Shown piece by piece: positions 1-7,853 of a DNA stretch of 35,854 nucleotides. Positions within the stretch are counted from its first letter, which is position 1; each line of letters begins with the position of its first letter. Position numbers and translations under genes: made by a program. Source of the DNA: Bacteroidota bacterium (GTDB lineage: Bacteria; Bacteroidota; Bacteroidia; Bacteroidales; UBA1402); NCBI GenBank assembly GCA_030706285.1, contig JAUZOU010000002.1, positions 1 through 35,854 on the forward strand, in the 5' to 3' direction. A model generated the notes under the pieces. The model was not told the DNA's origin. It searched no databases and saw only the letters and a program-made list of their open reading frames with translations.

Positions 1-3
1 CTG

Positions 4-1578
4 ATGAAAGCCAAGATCAAGGCTGAACTAAGTGAAGAAAAATACAAACAACTGTTTGACAATACGCTGGATCACATCTTCATTCTGGAAGTAACCAGTG
101 ACAAACGGTTTAAGGTCCTCGAGGTCAATCCGATTCAGGCAAAAGAAAGTGGTATGCTCATTCCTGGCTACTATGTTGAAGATTGCCTGGATCAGGAAAC
201 GGCCGGAATCCTCATCCGGAATTACCGGCGCTGTGTAGAAGAAAGAACGGCTCTCATTTACGAAAGAGAATTTTACGGGCAGATTTTTCTGACCCATCTG
301 TTGCCTGTCAGGGATAATAACGGAACCATTTACCGGATTATCGGCATTGCCCATAACATAACCAAAGAAAGAGCGTTGACCGAGGAATTGGTTCAGAAAA
401 ATGAGACCTTGATCCATTTGAATGCAGATTTACTAGCTGCAAAAAAACGGGCCGAAGAAAGCGATCAGCTTAAAACAGCCTTCCTGCAAAACATTTCTCA
501 TGAAATCAGAACGCCCATCAATTCCATCATCGGATTTTCAAATCTGCTGAATGAGCCTGACATCTCATCAGAGAAACGGACCGGTTTCATCGATATCATC
601 CAAAACAGCAGCCATCAACTGCTGACCATCATATCAGACATTCTCAGCATTGCTTTCATAGAAACAGGACAGGAAAAGATCATTGAAAGTGAAATCGACC
701 TGAACGAACTGATGTCCCAGCTGTATGACAGATTCCTGCAGACAGCGAATACCAAACAGATCTCCCTGCGATATGTACCAAACAAGACGGTGAAAGAGGC
801 CATTATTCTCTCAGACCGTAACAAATTGATCGACGTACTGAGTAACCTGCTTGGCAATGCCTTCAAATTCACCAAAGATGGGTATGTAACATTCGGATAC
901 CTGATTAAAAACAAAGACATCGAATTTTATGTCGAAGACACGGGCATAGGCATCGCAGCAGACATGCAGGAAGAAATCTTCAAACGGTTTCGTCAGGTTG
1001 AACAGTCCTCTTCAAGAGCCTACGGTGGTGCCGGCCTTGGTTTGTCCATCTCAAAATCATATATCGAACTGCTTGGCGGCCATATCTGGCTATCATCAGA
1101 ATTAGGCAAAGGATCCTCCTTCTATTTTACGATCCCTTATAAAAAAGCCATGCCGGAAGCCATACCGGAAACCATGCCATTTCAGCTGGCACAAGAGCAG
1201 CACCCGAATGAGGCCAAAACCATTTTGGTAGCTGAAGATGAAGATTCCAATTTCCTGCTGATCAAAGAATTGTTGTCAAACACTTCGTTTAATATTCTCA
1301 GAGCTATCAATGGACAGGAGGCGATCGATGTCTGCAAGACAACACCCTCCATCGATATCGTGCTGATGGACATCAAGATGCCGGTTATGGACGGATACGA
1401 GGCGACCCGCCAGATCAAAGCCTTTCTCCCCAACCTGCCCATCATTGCCCAAACAGCCTATTTTTTGGAATCTGACAAAAACAAAGCCTTCGAAAGCGGT
1501 TGCAACGATTTTGTCAGCAAACCTTTTAACAAAAATATCTTCTTGTCAAAAATCAATACGTATTTGTGGAGTGCGTGA
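4..1578 (+). CDS. Hybrid sensor histidine kinase / response regulator (PAS - HisKA - HATPase_c - REC), apparently soluble
   Basis: N-terminal PAS-like region. H-box FLQNISHEIRTPINSIIGF, N-box LLGNAFKFT, G1 DTGIGI, G2 GGAGLGLSISK. C-terminal receiver domain: ILVAEDEDSNF...IVLMDIKMPVMDGYE...FVSKP. ATG at 4 with only 3 nt of window upstream, so a longer N-terminus cannot be excluded. Confidence 0.9.
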   Translation: MKAKIKAELSEEKYKQLFDNTLDHIFILEVTSDKRFKVLEVNPIQAKESGMLIPGYYVEDCLDQETAGILIRNYRRCVEERTALIYEREFYGQIFLTHLLPVRDNNGTIYRIIGIAHNITKERALTEELVQKNETLIHLNADLLAAKKRAEESDQLKTAFLQNISHEIRTPINSIIGFSNLLNEPDISSEKRTGFIDIIQNSSHQLLTIISDILSIAFIETGQEKIIESEIDLNELMSQLYDRFLQTANTKQISLRYVPNKTVKEAIILSDRNKLIDVLSNLLGNAFKFTKDGYVTFGYLIKNKDIEFYVEDTGIGIAADMQEEIFKRFRQVEQSSSRAYGGAGLGLSISKSYIELLGGHIWLSSELGKGSSFYFTIPYKKAMPEAIPETMPFQLAQEQHPNEAKTILVAEDEDSNFLLIKELLSNTSFNILRAINGQEAIDVCKTTPSIDIVLMDIKMPVMDGYEATRQIKAFLPNLPIIAQTAYFLESDKNKAFESGCNDFVSKPFNKNIFLSKINTYLWSA

Positions 1579-1585
1579 ATCAACT

Positions 1586-2299
1586 TTAAAAAGTGATGAT
1601 ATAACCTGCTGTCAAATTGTAGCAAACAGGGAGATTCAGTGTATTTAACAGAATATTCGGTTTAATAAAGCAAGCACTGTTATCAGGTAGTTGCTTAACC
1701 AATGCAAGACCTATCCGACCGGTTATACGAGTAAAAGAAATCGTTTCATCGATGCCTCCCTCATTTTGCTGGTAAGATTCGCCCAACTCACCAAAGCAAG
1801 TCGCAAATGGCTGAATAAATAGCTGTTCAGTCAACCAGCAGCTCATAACAAGATCAAGTCCCAGCTTCCCTCCCATGCAGCCATTGTAAGTATAAAATTT
1901 GTCATTATTACCCTCTGAATCTTTTGTCCAGTAGCTATACATATCATAGTGATTCTTCTCTAAACCCGCCTTTAGACCCAGGTCAAGAGTCAAAGACCGG
2001 TTAAGAGGCTGCCGGATCATCCACCACGTCACAAGCCCTTCCAACTCATTTGAAACGCCATCATACGTATATTGATTATCCGTATTGAAACTGGTATGCA
2101 TGATATTGGCTTCAATATCAAACCGGCCATTAATGGCCCACCCTAGATTGCAGGTATAGCCATTGAAATCTTTACCGGCCTGCACGCCCGCAGCCAGAAC
2201 GACTCCGCGCTGGTCCTGATCCATCAAGGACGACACCTGAGCTGAAATGGTCAAAGACACACAAGTAAGCCAGGCGCAAACAACAAGCGTTTTATTCAT
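1586..2299 (-). CDS. Putative outer-membrane beta-barrel protein (family not recognised)
   Basis: Signal peptide MNKTLVVCAWLTCVSLTISAQ. G/Y/N/T-rich alternating strand-like segments. C-terminus ...AGYIITF ends in Phe, as is typical of OM beta-barrels. Convergent with the kinase gene, 7-nt gap. Confidence 0.5.
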   Translation of the reverse strand: MNKTLVVCAWLTCVSLTISAQVSSLMDQDQRGVVLAAGVQAGKDFNGYTCNLGWAINGRFDIEANIMHTSFNTDNQYTYDGVSNELEGLVTWWMIRQPLNRSLTLDLGLKAGLEKNHYDMYSYWTKDSEGNNDKFYTYNGCMGGKLGLDLVMSCWLTEQLFIQPFATCFGELGESYQQNEGGIDETISFTRITGRIGLALVKQLPDNSACFIKPNILLNTLNLPVCYNLTAGYIITF

Positions 2300-2681
2300 A
2301 GTGGAACGAATCTTACGTGAATATTCAGTATAAAACCTAAGATAAGGCGAATCTAATTCAGATTTCTCAAATACTCAAATTTATTTGGCACAATCCGAAT
2401 AGTTACGGGCTTTTCAATTTTTTCCTTACCCATCCTTTCACAAATCACCTATAACGCTGTTTAACCTGTCCTACAGAAATATACCTGTAAGAAGATGATT
2501 CAATTTACCTGAATGCTTAAAAAGTGACAGGATACAATTGGAAAAATTGACCCATCAATCACCTACAAGACAATAGGTTATTGAGAACAGACAATCCCTT
2601 TTCTCCCTTTCAAAAGCGGCAAGTCCATTCTGGTACCTTCACACCAAAATCAAAAACCAAAATCAGACCAATTAGCCAGCT

Positions 2682-4997
2682 ATGAAAAAGGGAATTATAC
2701 TCTTTACTACAATCATCTTTTGCGGTTTACTTCACGCAACCATCAATAAATCTGTTTCGGTAACAGCAGGCAATCTTGCCGCTACGTTGACTGCTGCAGA
2801 AAAAAGAAGCGTGACGAACCTGACCTTATCCGGAACAATCGATGCCCGGGATTTTAAATTTATACGCGATAGCCTTACCACGATTTCAGTGCTGAATATC
2901 GGCAGCGTTTCCATTCAGGCCTATACAGGGACTGATGCAACAGTTGCCGCATCGAAACAATATCCGGCCAACGAGTTACCTGAAAGTGGATTCCGGAAGA
3001 GCGATTGCTCCAGTAATACCACACTGACAGCCATCACATTGCCGGGTTCGATCACCTCAATCGGGGCTAAGGCGCTGCAAGGTTGCAGCGGACTAACCAG
3101 CCTCACGATACCAGCATCCGTTACCTCGATCGGCAGCTATGCTTTCTTCGGCTGCAGCAGATTGACCTCGATCACGATTCCTAATGCTGTCAAATCAATC
3201 GGGACCTATGCCTTTACCTCTTGTACAGGACTTACCAGCATCACGCTCCCAAATAGCATCAAAACTATAGCAGACTGGACATTCGGCGATTGTACCGGAT
3301 TGACAGGCCTGACCATTCCCAATACAGTTACTGCAATCGGGGCCTATGCCACTTTCGGTTGTACAAGATTGACGACCATTGCCATACCTTCTTCTGTCGT
3401 TTCAATTGGAGAAGGCGCTTTTTCCGGTTGTTCAGGATTGGTCAATATGACCATTCCTTCCAGCATCAATACCATCGCTAAAAATACTTTTTCAAATTGT
3501 AGCGGGCTTACCAGCATTTCCATTCCTGAATCTGTTACCTTGATAGACGACTGGGCTTTCTCCGGTTGTTCCTCGTTGGGCAAGGTGACCATTCCTGGTA
3601 CGGTCAAATCATTTGGTTTTGGATCGTTCAGTGAATGTACCGTACTGAAAAGCATCACATTTCATGCGTCACTTAAGTCAATTGGCGATTATGCTTATTT
3701 CAATTGCGAAGGAATGGATACCATCTATGTGCGTGCTGCCACTCCGATTACTTTGCCGGCAAATGTGTTTACGTCAGTCAATGCGAACACCTGTAAACTG
3801 ATTGTTCCAACCGGATCCTTAAGTCTGTACAAAGCCGCATCTGTCTGGAATAATTTTCCCTCCATTGCAGAAGAAGGATTAGCCGAGGAAGACATGACAG
3901 CCAGTACCATTAAGGTCAACATAACAGCAGGCGATTTATCCTCCGCATTGACCACTAATCAAAAAAGTGAAGTCACCAAGCTAATTGTAACGGGCACCAT
4001 TGATGCCAGGGATATTATGGTCATCAGAGACAGCATTCCTTACCTTTCAGTCCTGGATCTTAGTGGTACGAGCATTGTTGCTTATAGTGGGAAAAAAGGG
4101 ACAGATTTATTAACGACCTCTTATCCGGCCAACGAAATGCCTGTGGCCTCTTTTACCGGGAAGCAATCATTAAAATCCGCCTATCTTCCAATGACCTTGA
4201 CGTCTATTGGTTCAACTGCTTTTTATGGTTGCACGTTCCTTGATAGCATCGCTATTCCCAATACGGTGAAAACAATTGGAAATTCCGCCTTTTACTGCTG
4301 TGCAGGACTTGAATACGTTACTATTCCCTCATCGGCCACATCGATCGGCACTAGTTCATTTTTTGGCTGCGGGAAACTGGCCAGCCTGACTATTCCAGCT
4401 GGTGTGACAACGTTGAACAACTATGTTTTTAAAGGTTGTTCCGGCTTGAAAAGCCTGTCTATTCCAATGACAGTCACAGCGATCGGCTCAGGGGCACTGA
4501 TGAACTGTACCAGCCTCGACTCTTTGATTGTCTATCCGACAACGCCCATTGACCTGAGTGCATCCTCCAATGTCTTCAGCTATGTTAAAACAGCCTCCTG
4601 CGTGTTAAGTGTGCCTAGTGGTACCGGAGCAGCCTATAAAGCAGCAAAAGGCTGGGATGTATTCACTCATATTATCGAAAGAACTGAAACTCCAACCCAG
4701 GTTCAGCATCCAACATCAATAGAAACGGCTAATCACATTCAAGTTGACTGTTACCCCAATCCGTTTGTTGACGAAATCTCCATTGATATTCGACAAGCTG
4801 TTTCAGCACAACTAGACGTAAGCATATACACCCTAACAGGTAAAAAGATAAAAACAATATTCAGCAGCAACAATACCGATGCCGTTCATCTAACCTGGAA
4901 CGGCACGGATGAAAAAGGCTATCGGGTTATTTCTGGAATCTATCTATGCAAAATAAACGATGTCATCAAAAAAATTGTATTCTCAGGCCGCAACTGA
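2682..4997 (+). CDS. BspA-like leucine-rich-repeat cell-surface protein with two LRR units and a T9SS C-terminal sorting domain
   Basis: Signal peptide MKKGIILFTTIIFCGLLHA. Two blocks of 23-aa repeats of the form LTSITIPxSVTSIGxxAFxGCxx (LRR_5/BspA type). C-terminal YPNPF... Por/T9SS tail. Confidence 0.85.
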   Translation: MKKGIILFTTIIFCGLLHATINKSVSVTAGNLAATLTAAEKRSVTNLTLSGTIDARDFKFIRDSLTTISVLNIGSVSIQAYTGTDATVAASKQYPANELPESGFRKSDCSSNTTLTAITLPGSITSIGAKALQGCSGLTSLTIPASVTSIGSYAFFGCSRLTSITIPNAVKSIGTYAFTSCTGLTSITLPNSIKTIADWTFGDCTGLTGLTIPNTVTAIGAYATFGCTRLTTIAIPSSVVSIGEGAFSGCSGLVNMTIPSSINTIAKNTFSNCSGLTSISIPESVTLIDDWAFSGCSSLGKVTIPGTVKSFGFGSFSECTVLKSITFHASLKSIGDYAYFNCEGMDTIYVRAATPITLPANVFTSVNANTCKLIVPTGSLSLYKAASVWNNFPSIAEEGLAEEDMTASTIKVNITAGDLSSALTTNQKSEVTKLIVTGTIDARDIMVIRDSIPYLSVLDLSGTSIVAYSGKKGTDLLTTSYPANEMPVASFTGKQSLKSAYLPMTLTSIGSTAFYGCTFLDSIAIPNTVKTIGNSAFYCCAGLEYVTIPSSATSIGTSSFFGCGKLASLTIPAGVTTLNNYVFKGCSGLKSLSIPMTVTAIGSGALMNCTSLDSLIVYPTTPIDLSASSNVFSYVKTASCVLSVPSGTGAAYKAAKGWDVFTHIIERTETPTQVQHPTSIETANHIQVDCYPNPFVDEISIDIRQAVSAQLDVSIYTLTGKKIKTIFSSNNTDAVHLTWNGTDEKGYRVISGIYLCKINDVIKKIVFSGRN
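3021..3731 (+). repeat. In-frame tandem array of about 10 BspA-type LRR units (69-nt period), array A of gene 2682..4997
   Basis: Successive 23-aa units are visible in the translation (TLTAITLPGSITSIGAKALQGCSG / LTSLTIPASVTSIGSYAFFGCSR / LTSITIPNAVKSIGTYAFTSCTG ...). The copies are diverged, not identical. Confidence 0.8.
4170..4535 (+). repeat. In-frame tandem array of about 5 BspA-type LRR units, array B of gene 2682..4997
   Basis: LKSAYLPMTLTSIGSTAFYGCTF / LDSIAIPNTVKTIGNSAFYCCAG / LEYVTIPSSATSIGTSSFFGCGK / LASLTIPAGVTTLNNYVFKGCSG / LKSLSIPMTVTAIGSGALMNCTS. Confidence 0.75.
4734..4994 (+). other. T9SS (Por) C-terminal sorting domain of the first LRR protein
   Basis: The last 87 aa read HIQVDCYPNPFVDEISIDI...LDVSIYTLTGKKI...GTDEKGYRVISGIYLCKI. 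They show the canonical YPNPF start and the G.Y strand pattern of T9SS CTDs. Confidence 0.75.
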
Positions 4998-5043
4998 TAG
5001 CTATCACGCTGACAAACTTGATTATTGACACAATAAAAGCCAT

Positions 5044-6057
5044 ATGACTACAAACAATCATATTCACGTCAACGCCGGTGGTGAACTATCAGCCACCTTG
5101 GTTTCAGCAGAAAAAGACAATCTGATCAGCCTTACGGTTACAGGTACCATCGATGCCAGAGATCTGAAATTCATCAGAGATCATCTCCCCCATCTGTCTG
5201 ATCTGGATATCAGCCATACCGCCATTGCTGCCTACCACGGGAGTGATGGAACTAACACCATTTACGGCTGTTATTCAGCCAATGACATCCCCAAACATGC
5301 ATTCCTGGGCATGTCATCTGTTAGATCCATCAAGTTACCTGGGACAATTACCACCATCGGAACAGGTGCTTTCAAAAGTTGCAGAGGATTAACCAGTCTG
5401 GCTGTTCCGGCATCTGTGACCTTTATCGGAGAAGGTGCCTTCAGCGATTGTACCAACTTAACTGAGATAAAACTGTCCGATGCTGTTTCCTGGATCGGAG
5501 ACTGGGCCTTTATGGACTGTAAGAAGTTATCTTATTTCACTGTTCCGGAAGCTGTAACTTCAATTGGGATGGGCGTCTTCTTTGGTTGCAGTAAGCTTAA
5601 CAGCATGATCATCCCGGATGCCGTCACATTGATCGGATGCTATGCTTTTTCCGGTTGTAAAGCACTTACAAGCATCTCCATTCCTTCCGCGGCTTCATTA
5701 ATCGGAGACTGGGCTTTTTTGGATTGTGTAAAGCTCAGGCAGATTACGTTGCCAGATGCTGTTATGTCAATTGGAAAAGGTGCTTTTTCAAATTGCCAGA
5801 CATTAACACTTGTTACATTACCTGGGCATGTCGTTTCAATTGGAGAAAATGCCTTTTGTGATTGTACGGAACTTTCTTCCATTCTGATAGATACAGCTCA
5901 ACCAATTGTGTTACCATCAAATGCATTTGTCTTCGTCAATAAAGATACCTGCACCTTAAACGTTCCATCGGGCTCCGGATTAGCCTACCGGACGGCCCCT
6001 GTCTGGAATGAATTTTCAAGAATTATTGAAAAAAATAATTGTGCGCAAGAGGACTAA
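5044..6057 (+). CDS. BspA-like LRR protein lacking both a signal peptide and a T9SS sorting domain (possible cassette or remnant)
   Basis: It starts directly in the conserved N-cap module (MTTNNHIHVNAGGELSATL...TGTIDARDLKFIRD). About 8 LRR units and the C-cap motif CTLNVPSGSGLAYRTAPVWNEF follow. There is no hydrophobic N-terminus and no YPNPF tail. It begins 46 nt after the stop of the upstream gene. Confidence 0.7.
   Translation: MTTNNHIHVNAGGELSATLVSAEKDNLISLTVTGTIDARDLKFIRDHLPHLSDLDISHTAIAAYHGSDGTNTIYGCYSANDIPKHAFLGMSSVRSIKLPGTITTIGTGAFKSCRGLTSLAVPASVTFIGEGAFSDCTNLTEIKLSDAVSWIGDWAFMDCKKLSYFTVPEAVTSIGMGVFFGCSKLNSMIIPDAVTLIGCYAFSGCKALTSISIPSAASLIGDWAFLDCVKLRQITLPDAVMSIGKGAFSNCQTLTLVTLPGHVVSIGENAFCDCTELSSILIDTAQPIVLPSNAFVFVNKDTCTLNVPSGSGLAYRTAPVWNEFSRIIEKNNCAQED
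5320..5892 (+). repeat. In-frame tandem array of about 8 BspA-type LRR units (69-nt period)
   Basis: VRSIKLPGTITTIGTGAFKSCRG / LTSLAVPASVTFIGEGAFSDCTN / LTEIKLSDAVSWIGDWAFMDCKK ... Confidence 0.75.
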
Positions 6058-6116
6058 ACAAACTAACCCGTTCAGACCTCTAACCATTGGAAAAGTTGCA
6101 TAAGCAGCCAGTGTAA

Positions 6117-6161
6117 AAAATAAAAGCTCTGAAAACAATAGTTTTACAGAGCTTTTATTTT
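6117..6161 (+). terminator. Rho-independent terminator downstream of the second LRR gene
   Basis: Stem taaaagctctgaaaac (6121..6136) pairs with gtttt-a-cagagctttta (6141..6157): about 16 bp with one bulge and a 4-nt loop. An A-run lies upstream and ttatttt downstream. Confidence 0.7.
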
Positions 6162-6175
6162 GACAAGGTGAATAT

Positions 6176-6207
6176 TTTGCCAACCGCCTATATTTTATAT
6201 AGTTTTA
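6176..6207 (+). promoter_or_regulatory. Candidate Bacteroides-type promoter for the third LRR gene
   Basis: TTTG at 6176..6179 matches the -33 element. TAgtTTTa at 6200..6207 matches the -7 consensus TAnnTTTG with one mismatch. The spacing between them is 20 nt. It lies just after the terminator and upstream of the start codons at 6227 and 6287. Confidence 0.3.
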
Positions 6208-6286
6208 CCCATTTTTTAATGGCCGCATGCGGCGGCCGCTGATAAAACAACTATTACGGAACACCAAAAAAACAAACAAAAGACGT

Positions 6287-7825
6287 ATGAAAGGCACGCC
6301 CTTATTAATTAACATTTATTTATCATTTGTATGCTTTTTATTAATATCGTTACCAACTCAGGCGGTCATTAATAAAACACTTTCTACTTCTGCTGGCCAA
6401 TTATCAGCGATGATGACCTCATCTGAATCTGCCAGTATCACAAGCTTGGTTTTAACAGGCACCATTGATGCCAGAGACTTCAAATTCATCAGGGACAACA
6501 TTCCTAATCTTTCCGAATTGGATCTCAGCACCATAACCATTCAGTCATACAATGGCAGCAACGGAACCATTGATGCTTCCACTTCATATCCGGCCAATGG
6601 ACTTCCTCAGAATGCCTTTCGCAATTCCGATTGTTCGGCCAATGTTACGTTGAAGGCGGTAGCGCTGCCAGCATCCATCACATCGATTGGCATGAAAGCC
6701 TTTGAAGGTTGTACCGGTTTGACCAACCTCATCCTCCCCAAATCAGTCAATTCGATCGGGAACTATGCTTTTTTCGGATGTACCGGATTGACCAGTCTGT
6801 CTATTCCGGATGCCGTTACGACGATCGGTACGTACGCTTTCACCAGCTGCACCAATCTGACAGTTATCACACTACCAGGTTCCCTCACGTCTATCGGAGA
6901 CTGGGCCTTCGGAAATTGTAACGCACTGATCCGCATCAACATGCCAAAATCTATTAAGACAATCGGCAACTACGCCTTCTATGGATGCAGCGGACTGAGC
7001 AGCCTCGAGCTCCCGGCAACAGCCTCCTCAATCGGTGAAAGTGCTTTTGCCTGCTGCACGGGAATTACGTCTTTTACAATGCCCGACTCCGTCAATACGA
7101 TTCAGAATAATGTCTTTGCAAACTGTTATCAACTGAAAAATGTGACACTGTCAAAAGCCATTACCTCGATCGGGAACTGGGCCTTTCTTGGTTGTACAAG
7201 TTTATCGGGCGTAACCATTCCGGAAACAGTTACCTCAATTGGGAACGGTGCTTTTTACGATTGCACGGCTCTGAGCTCTTTAACCATTCCGAATGCAGTC
7301 ACAACCATCGGGGAAAATGCCCTGTTCAATTGTGCCAATCTCTCTAATCTGACGATCGGCACCTCTGTCAGCACCATCAACAACTATGCATTTGGCGATT
7401 GTACGAACCTGTCAACCATCAACATGCTGCTGACAACACCCATCACCGTGGTATCCACAATATTCTTCTCTGTGGACAAAAGCGTTTGTACCTTGAATGT
7501 TCCCAAAACTTCGATAACCGCTTATCAAGCAGCCTCTGTCTGGAAAGAATTCTATAACATCGCAGCAGTACCGGCTGAGCTTGGGAGCCAAACAGACCAA
7601 TCTGCTATCTGTGTGTACCCCAATCCGTTCACTGACGGATTTTTCATCAAAGGATTCGAAGGGACGGGATGGCTTACTTTATCTGACCTGAGCGGTAAGC
7701 TGTTAGTCAGGCAACCCATCATAGCCGGAGCCTTTGTTTCAGTAAATTGGCTTCCTAAGGGTGTCTATCTTGCTAAACTAACAATGGCCAATGGCAATTT
7801 TGAAAGTAAGTTGCTGAAAGAATAA
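6287..7825 (+). CDS. BspA-like LRR cell-surface protein with a T9SS C-terminal sorting domain
   Basis: The ORF opens at ATG 6227. The second ATG (6287) gives a classical signal peptide, MKGTPLLINIYLSFVCFLLISLPTQA. The 20 codons before it are highly basic and overlap a GC-rich palindrome. About 11 LRR units follow, then the C-terminal CVYPNPFTDGFFI tail. Confidence 0.8.
   Translation: MKGTPLLINIYLSFVCFLLISLPTQAVINKTLSTSAGQLSAMMTSSESASITSLVLTGTIDARDFKFIRDNIPNLSELDLSTITIQSYNGSNGTIDASTSYPANGLPQNAFRNSDCSANVTLKAVALPASITSIGMKAFEGCTGLTNLILPKSVNSIGNYAFFGCTGLTSLSIPDAVTTIGTYAFTSCTNLTVITLPGSLTSIGDWAFGNCNALIRINMPKSIKTIGNYAFYGCSGLSSLELPATASSIGESAFACCTGITSFTMPDSVNTIQNNVFANCYQLKNVTLSKAITSIGNWAFLGCTSLSGVTIPETVTSIGNGAFYDCTALSSLTIPNAVTTIGENALFNCANLSNLTIGTSVSTINNYAFGDCTNLSTINMLLTTPITVVSTIFFSVDKSVCTLNVPKTSITAYQAASVWKEFYNIAAVPAELGSQTDQSAICVYPNPFTDGFFIKGFEGTGWLTLSDLSGKLLVRQPIIAGAFVSVNWLPKGVYLAKLTMANGNFESKLLKE
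6650..7426 (+). repeat. In-frame tandem array of about 11 BspA-type LRR units (69-nt period)
   Basis: LKAVALPASITSIGMKAFEGCTG / LTNLILPKSVNSIGNYAFFGCTG / LTSLSIPDAVTTIGTYAFTSCTN ... Confidence 0.8.
7601..7822 (+). other. T9SS (Por) C-terminal sorting domain of the third LRR protein
   Basis: The last 74 aa read SAICVYPNPFTDGFFIKGFEGTGWLTLSDLSGKLL...LPKGVYLAKLTMANGNFESKLLKE. Confidence 0.75.
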
Positions 7826-7853
7826 AAAAATGAACTGCGGTTTGATGGCTTCA

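Noticed and set aside
1445-1648. 67-aa ORF spanning the end of the kinase gene and the end of the OMP gene
   Set aside because: It overlaps two well-supported convergent genes in other frames and has no motifs or plausible start context.
2300-2681. Invertible promoter or phase-variation switch upstream of the LRR genes
   Set aside because: I found only a 10-nt palindrome (tgaatattca, 2318..2327) and weak imperfect inverted repeats. There are no long flanking inverted repeats, no nearby recombinase gene and no clear TAnnTTTG box. The best candidate, TTTATTTG at 2380..2387, lacks a -33 partner.
3344-3658. Antisense and off-frame ORFs inside the LRR genes (for example 2732..2914, 2921..3106, 3290..3481, 3344..3658, 5271..5456, 5640..5882, 6358..6540, 6709..6921, 6763..6969)
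   Set aside because: They lie entirely within the strongly supported LRR coding frames. Their own periodic sequence (repeated ...PEKA.SPI...) is a mirror artefact of the 69-nt repeat, not independent coding.
3021-7426. The 69-nt periodic repeats as a possible CRISPR array or non-coding satellite
   Set aside because: The repeats are in-frame, diverged at the DNA level, have no unique spacers, and translate into canonical 23-aa BspA-type LRR units.
7826-7853. Bidirectional terminator between the convergent third LRR gene and the 662-aa gene
   Set aside because: Only a 5-bp stem (atgaa/ttcat) with a 13-nt loop, flanked by A-runs. It is too weak to call from sequence alone.
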